DNA of 64,000 nucleotides from a virus (Duplodnaviria; Caudoviricetes): IMG/VR virus record IMGVR_UViG_3300026522_000021; one strand, 5' to 3'. Shown piece by piece: positions 57,762 to 64,000 of this stretch (position 1 is its first letter; each line of letters starts with the position of its first letter). The notes under the pieces were generated by a model. It saw only the letters and a program-made list of their open reading frames with translations, ran no database searches and was not told where the DNA came from. The position numbers and the translations under genes were made by a program.

Positions 57762-58817
57762 ATGTCAGTAAGAAAAGGCGAAGGGCGAAGCACTGTATAT
57801 AATGACATTACTTCGCCTGAAAAAATGGAACAGGTCAATCCTGATAATTTGGAATTAGAAGCTGACTATTTGGAATACCTTTCTTCTATTGGCAGAGCGA
57901 AATCTACTATTTATCAGTACGAACATAACTTACATATTTTTTGGTGCTGGAATTTAGATTTTAACAAGAACAAATTTTTTGTCAATATGAAGAAGCGTGA
58001 ATTTTCTAAATTCCAAAGTCATGCAATCAACGAGTGGGGATGGTCGCCAAAACGAGTTAGAACCGTTAAAGCCACTATCTCATCTTTAAGTAACTTTATT
58101 GAGAACATCCTTGATGATGAATACGAAGGTTATAAACCAATAGTATTAAAGATTGAATCTCCTGCTGATACTGCGGTGAGAACAAAAACAGTATTCAAGA
58201 TGGATGAACTACAAAGTCTGCTCGATTATCTTGTGGAGAACGAAGAATACATGAAGGCATGTGTTCTATCTTTGGCGATGAATAACGGCAGACGTAAAGC
58301 AGAAATACCTCGTTTCAAAGTAAATTACTTTGATGATAAAAATTTAATATGCGAAGGCGCTCTTTATAAAACACCTGAGAAGATAGTCACAAAAGGTCGC
58401 GGAATTCAAGGAAAACTTCTCGATGTTTATACATTAGCAAAACCATTTAAACCATACTTTGATCTTTGGATGGAAGAAAGAAAGAGACTGAAAATTAGAA
58501 GTGAATGGTTGTTCCCACGACGCGAAGGTGGCAAGTGGATGGACAAGCCTATGAAAACTGAAACGCTCGATTCGTGGGCGCAGACGTTTTCCGCTCTAAT
58601 TAAAAAGCCATTTTATTGGCACAGTTTAAGGCACTTTTTTACTACAAGATTAGCCGAAGCTAATCTTCCTGATAGTGTTATTCAGGACATTATCGGTTGG
58701 GATAGCGGTGACATGGTACGTGTCTATAATGACGTAACCACAGATAAACAGCTTGATAAGTATTTTGGTGCTAATGGAATCAAAGACGTTAAGAGCGCTG
58801 AATTAACAGAATTATAA
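57762..58817 (+). CDS. tyrosine recombinase (XerD-like) within the tail module
   Basis: GRRKAE, KG, HSLRHFF, IGW and VY motifs. Confidence 0.9.
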   Translation: MSVRKGEGRSTVYNDITSPEKMEQVNPDNLELEADYLEYLSSIGRAKSTIYQYEHNLHIFWCWNLDFNKNKFFVNMKKREFSKFQSHAINEWGWSPKRVRTVKATISSLSNFIENILDDEYEGYKPIVLKIESPADTAVRTKTVFKMDELQSLLDYLVENEEYMKACVLSLAMNNGRRKAEIPRFKVNYFDDKNLICEGALYKTPEKIVTKGRGIQGKLLDVYTLAKPFKPYFDLWMEERKRLKIRSEWLFPRREGGKWMDKPMKTETLDSWAQTFSALIKKPFYWHSLRHFFTTRLAEANLPDSVIQDIIGWDSGDMVRVYNDVTTDKQLDKYFGANGIKDVKSAELTEL

Positions 58818-58897
58818 AGTTTTGAAAAATAACATATTATTGCGTACTACTGCCCCACCTTTAGGGCAGTTTTTTAATACGCAAAAGGAGGTATGGC

Positions 58898-61800
58898 ATG
58901 GCTGATTTTAGAGCCAGAATAACAGCGGATTTAGATTTAGGAAATGCGCAAAGTCAACTAAATTCTTTTGTTAACCAAAAGCAAAAGATTAATGTCGAAG
59001 TTAATTTGCAACTAAATCAAGCGAGCCAAGCTCTCCGTAACCTTTTGCAACAAATGCAAAATCAAGGTGGGAACGCTGGTACGCAATTTGCTGGTCAGTT
59101 TGTACAGGCAGTCAATAGTGGTATGCAACAAATAAATGCCACACAGACTGTGAACCAAATTGAAAAGCAAACCAATAGGCTGACTGTTAATATTCGCAAC
59201 AACATGCGCGATTTAACAAAATCGGCTAATACATTTAATGAAACAACGGCGAAAACGTTTGGAAATCAAATGACTGCTTGGGCGCGGAACAACGGCAAAG
59301 CGGTTAAGATGTATGGCAGTCAGTTAAGTGATTTACAGACAAGGTTACAAACGGCGATCACAAACGGCGATGGCGCGGCTGTTCGACAGTTGCGTGAAGA
59401 ATTCAGGCTGTTGCAATCTGAAGCAAGAGCAACAGGGAATGTTGGAAAGACTTTTGCGCAGTCTTTCACATCGTCATTAGGAAGTGTTGCGAAATTCGCG
59501 GCTTCTTATGTGAGCCTTTATCGCGTATTTAATGAATTGAAACAAGGCGTGCAGACAGTTGTTGAACTGGACACGGCGCTTGTTGACCTACAAAAGACTT
59601 CTACTGCTACGCCAAAGCAGTTAAATAGTTTTTATAAAGAAGCGAATAACATCGCAAAGCAGTATGGCACTACAACGCAACAGATTATTCAAGGTGCTGC
59701 GGATTAACAAATCAGTCCACTTATATGGAAACATATAGGGTTTCATTCAGCTTTTATCGGGAAAACTCCTGAGAAGGACAATTCCGAGGGCAAGACAAAA
59801 CGAAAGTTTTGAACCCGTAACGAGTAAGTTTTGCATACAGTAATGTATGCTTGCACGCTGAACACCTAAACGCTTATGCGCATGGTGATGATGTACTCTG
59901 CTCTGCAAATATAATCTAATAATGAAATTGCAGAGGTAGGCAGAAATGACCTACCCCTCTTCTATTTTGAAGGGAAGTAACAATAAGGTGGTCGCGACTT
60001 GGATACAATTTACAAGATGCTCAGACGATGAGCAAATTGTCATCTCAATTCGCGGCGATATCACCCGGAATGTCTGTTGACACTGCTACAACGAGTTTGG
60101 TTTCAACCATGAAGGCATTCGGCATTGAAGCCGATGATGTTCTTGATGGCGTAATGAGTAAGGTTAATGCTGTAGGTAATGGTTTTGCATTAACCAATGA
60201 AGATATTATGACTGCCTTACAGAATTCCTCATCTGCTATGGCGGTTGCAAATAACTCGCTTGATGAAACAATAGCTCTAATTACTGCTGGTACTGAAATT
60301 GTGCAAGATGCGTCCAAAGTGGGAAATGGTTTGAGGACGATAAGCATGAGGATCAGGGGTATGAATGAGGAAACCGAGGAACTTGATGACACGCTTGTAA
60401 ACATAAAAGGTGATGTTTACGAGTTAACAGGTGGAAAAGTATCAATTATGGAAGATGAGGATACATATAAATCCACCTATCAAGTCCTCAAAGAAATCTC
60501 AGAAGTTTGGGATGAATTATCGGATAAGAACCAAGCACAACTTCTTGACAAGCTGTTTGGTAAAACGAGGGCGAATTTGCGCCCTATCGCGCAGAAATGT
60601 GCGTAGAGAACATATTTAATTACAGGTAATGCCTAAAGCCTTGCACCACAATAATGGCGAAAGCACATTATGAAGGTTTGACAACGCGAGGATGAAACAA
60701 TGGCTGTTCATGTAGCGAAGCACCCTAACGTCACACATAGACCATATGTTAGTTAAGCCGAGGGTGAACGTTCATCGACTATTCCCCATAAGGGATATGG
60801 CAATCAAATAAAGGTGGAAATCCTGAATAGTCATATCAATAGAAGTACGGCACAAATTTATGGTGTGGGTGAAATCCCCTTAAATGGAAAAGGTATGCCC
60901 CTAACGGATAATGCCGAGGGTGAAGAAATAGTCAAAACTCTATGTGAAAGCATAGGATGCTTAATCTAAAGCTATGCATACGGAGATTGCATGGCAAGAC
61001 AATTTACGAAAGAAGAATTATCTATGATAATTGAAGATTATAAATCTGGAATGAAACCATTCGAAATGGCACGGAAATATAGTAGAAAATCTGCAAGCAT
61101 AATAAATAAGTTAAAGTCGCTTGGAATATATGAAAATTCAAATTATCGTTTTACAAATGATGATATAGAATTTTTAAGAAAAGAATATCCTGTAGGAAAT
61201 TGGGATGCTATTATGAAAAGGTTTCCGAATGCGACAAGGAATTCTATCGTGAACAAAGCGTATAAATTGGGGATTAAAGCAGACTATTATTTTTGGCTTG
61301 AAAACGATCTTTCTTATCTGAAGGAAAATTATTTCAAGTATACCATTGATGAATTAGAGAAACATTTTAACGGCAGATATTCAAAAGATGCTATACAAAC
61401 GCAAGCATATAAATGTTTTGGATATTCTACAGACGATGATTGGAACGATGAAGAAAACGCATTATTAGAAAAGTATTACCCAACAATCCCAATTGATGAA
61501 GTATGTGAAATGATACCAACACGTAGCAAGAATGCAATTATTTCACACGCGAGGATTTTAAATCTGTATTCGTATTTTTATAATTCTACTTATTGGAACG
61601 AAGAATTAGATAAAATATTGATTGATAATTGGGAACATATGTCAGATGAAGAGTTATCGGTTATTATTGGAAAGCCGAAGTTGTCAATCATGGAAAGAAG
61701 GCATAGATTACATCTAATGCGTGTGCATAAGGACAGCTTAAAATATTCTGACATAAGTAAATATTTAAGAGGGCAATTGCAAGATTGGAAAAATAAGTCG

Positions 61801-64000
61801 ATGGAGTCATGCAATTACGAATGTGTTTTAACATCATCAAAAGATTTTCAAATTCATCATCTTTATAGTTTTAGCCAAATAGTATCCGATTTCTTTAGCA
61901 ATAATCCAGATTTTGAAATTAAAGAATTTACAGAATATACGCAGGAAGAACTTAACAAAATTACATGCGCGTTTATCGCGGAACACGACAAACATCCATT
62001 AGGTGTATGCGTTAGGAAAGATCTCCACGATTTATTCCATAATATGTATGGGCGATCTATGAATACACCAGAGCAATGGGCAAAATTTGTAGAACACTAT
62101 AGAAATAGTTCATTAAAAAATACTGCGTAGCTTTAGATTAAACTGTAAGGATTTATGACCCTTATGAATACAATGGCAAATTGGTGCATCAATAATCAGC
62201 AACTTCTCACAAGCAGAAGCCGCGATTAAAACAATGTCCGAATCAGCTGGCGCGGCTGATCGCGAAATGGACATCATCAAAAATTCTCTCGAATACAAAA
62301 TAAACGCGCTTAAAGAAACATTTACAGGCATTTGGCAAAATGTCTTTAACCGCGAAGATTTAGGCAGTCTTGTAGACTTTGCGACAGGCATTGCCGAAGT
62401 CCTCGATGGTATAACAGAAAAACTTGGTCTGTTTGGTTCTGCCATTGCCGCAGGAGGCATCGCCGCAGGAGTCATGGGGCTTGCCAAAGCCTTTAAAGCA
62501 TTCTCCGCAGCTTCAGGCGCTCTTACTATGGTTGAAGCTCTTAGCGGTGCATTCCCCGGACTGTCCGCAGCTATCGGCGCATTTAGTACTGCTATGGCTA
62601 CTACTGGTGGCGCAGCTGGTGTATTACACGGCGCGCTTTCTGGATTATGGGCGCTTATCGCCGCGCATCCGATTCTTGCCGCTGTCGGCGCTGTTGCTCT
62701 TCTCGCTGTAGCGTTTGATAAGTTACACGAATCAGCGAAAGAAGCTAACGATAAAATGGATGCTTCTTTTCAAACATACGAAGATGCTAAACAAAAAGTA
62801 ATTGATGTTGATACCGAATTAAAAAATGTTCAAGCATCAATGGATGCACTCGAACAAAAGGGATCACTTACTTTTATTGAGCAATCACAGCTTGAGGATT
62901 TGCGTGAAGCAGCTGAATTATTACAAATTCAAAAAGATTTAGCTGAGAAAGAAGAAGAAAAAGCTGCAAAGCAAGCTGCTTCAGATGCGGTAAACGCTTA
63001 TAAAAAGAATTTCAAAGACGAAATCAGCCAAGAAGCATATGATGAAGCGATAGAATATTCTTCTTGGTCAGGCAACAATGCGGCGCTTTTTGCTGATGAA
63101 AAGAATCTTTCTTGGTATATCGCTGGAATTGAAAAGATGAAAGAGTTCCGCGATGAAGAAAAAAAGGGTTCTGATGAATGGAATAGATACAACGATATGG
63201 TAACTGAAGGTACGGATATCGTTTGGGAACAAGTAGGTGCTTTAACTGAGTATAAGCAAGCATTAGAATCTATTCCTTATGAATTAAGAACATCTGAACA
63301 AAATGCTGTTCTTGATGATATTAATAGTTCTATTGAATTTGTGTATGAAAAATTAGACCCAGCAAAATGGAAACAAATTCAATTTGACAGTATCTTTTCA
63401 CATGAAGCGTTCAAGAAAGCAAAACAAGATATGCTTGATGTTGCACTTGCAAGCGATAATCTTGGAATATCAATAGAAGATGTAAAAAATACGCTTGGTG
63501 ATGACTTGTATGGAAAACTCGAAAAGGAATTATCTGGAAAAGGTTTTTCTATGCAAGATTTCGTTGACAATATTAATTCAACTGCTGAAATAGTTGATAT
63601 TGATAGGGTCAAAGAAAATATTAAAGAAGGCATTGAAACCGCAACAGAAGAAGCTGCGAGCGATACGGATACTGTCGAGCCCGAAGTGGAAGTAGAACCA
63701 AAAATAACGGTAGCGAATAACGCAGAAGAAAAGGCGAAATTTGATGAATGGGTCGATGGTTTAAGTGATGATTACGCTATCGCTCTTTCAAAACTGATGG
63801 CTGATTCAAGCATAGATACTTCATCATGGGATACGGCTGCATATCAATCATACATCGAGTCATTAATGACTGGTAGTTCAGAAGCGCAAGAATCTGTAGC
63901 AGACTTAACAGGCACTATTCAAGATTTAGGTCTTGTATTTAATGACTCTTCTGATACTGGATTAACAAAGGCAATATCAAGCTATAAAGAGCAAATGAAT
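58898..64000 (+). CDS. tail tape measure protein (TP901-type core), spliced: join(58898..59704,59989..60572,62176..>64000)
   Basis: Splicing restores GAAD-WSRLGY and LFGKTRA-QIGASIISNF; the third exon appears open to the window end. Confidence 0.88.
59705..59988 (+). ncRNA. group I intron 1 (ORF-less, 284 nt) in the tape measure gene
   Basis: P1 GGAU/GUCC with U-G pair; TATCGGGAAA / AATTCCGAG; P7 GAGTA/TACTC; terminal G. Confidence 0.88.
60573..62175 (+). ncRNA. group I intron 2 in the tape measure gene, carrying an HNH endonuclease gene
   Basis: AATTACAGG, CATGTAG, GTTCATCGACTA, AAGAAATAGTC; IGS AATTTGC-GCCCT pairs with both exons. Confidence 0.88.
60991..62130 (+). CDS. intron-encoded HNH homing endonuclease with Myb/SANT-like repeats
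   Basis: Repeats such as FTNDDIEFLRKEY and WNDEENALLEKYY; CVLT..IHHL..CV..LHDLFH..YG; flanked by the stem TTAATCTAAAGCTATGCA/TGCGTAGCTTTAGATTAA. Confidence 0.85.
   Translation: MARQFTKEELSMIIEDYKSGMKPFEMARKYSRKSASIINKLKSLGIYENSNYRFTNDDIEFLRKEYPVGNWDAIMKRFPNATRNSIVNKAYKLGIKADYYFWLENDLSYLKENYFKYTIDELEKHFNGRYSKDAIQTQAYKCFGYSTDDDWNDEENALLEKYYPTIPIDEVCEMIPTRSKNAIISHARILNLYSYFYNSTYWNEELDKILIDNWEHMSDEELSVIIGKPKLSIMERRHRLHLMRVHKDSLKYSDISKYLRGQLQDWKNKSMESCNYECVLTSSKDFQIHHLYSFSQIVSDFFSNNPDFEIKEFTEYTQEELNKITCAFIAEHDKHPLGVCVRKDLHDLFHNMYGRSMNTPEQWAKFVEHYRNSSLKNTA

Noticed and set aside
58898-62200. Tape measure pseudogene or stop-codon recoding
   Set aside because: The breaks coincide with group I intron cores, and removing the introns restores the frame and conserved motifs.

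Overview
This is a 64 kb segment of a large SPbeta-like tailed phage or prophage of Firmicutes; a Lachnospiraceae/Clostridia host is inferred, not shown. It has three parts. (1) Positions 1-24.5 kb are transcribed leftwards. About 20 self-contained cassettes each have a consensus sigma-A promoter, a conserved upstream 14-mer, a conserved leader, small ORFs and a terminator. They carry anti-defence-like and host-takeover-like genes, a DnaN clamp, an amidoligase and a GGCT. The arm ends in a lysogeny-like block: tyrosine recombinase, DUF262 protein, orphan MazF and an MrpR-like protein. (2) Positions 22.3-26.3 kb form a largely non-coding hinge. It holds a lattice of TTTT-N1-2-AAAA motifs and a packed array of host-type operator sites: 2 CIRCE, 7 DnaA boxes, an ARG box, 3 GTTAG-N6-CTAAC at an exact 36-bp period, 6-7 CTTTA-N6-TAAAG, and Rrf2-, GntR- and CsoR-like palindromes. 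No adjacent gene or promoter explains these sites. (3) Positions 26.3-64 kb are transcribed rightwards: a wHTH protein, a YonO-type single-subunit RNA polymerase, a coiled-coil protein followed by a candidate ~470-nt structured ncRNA, 6 tRNAs, a beta-CASP nuclease, ClpP, HU, an endolysin, terminase, portal, capsid and tail genes. The major tail gene carries one group I intron and the tape measure gene carries two. All assignments come from reading motifs by eye; no database searches were run.
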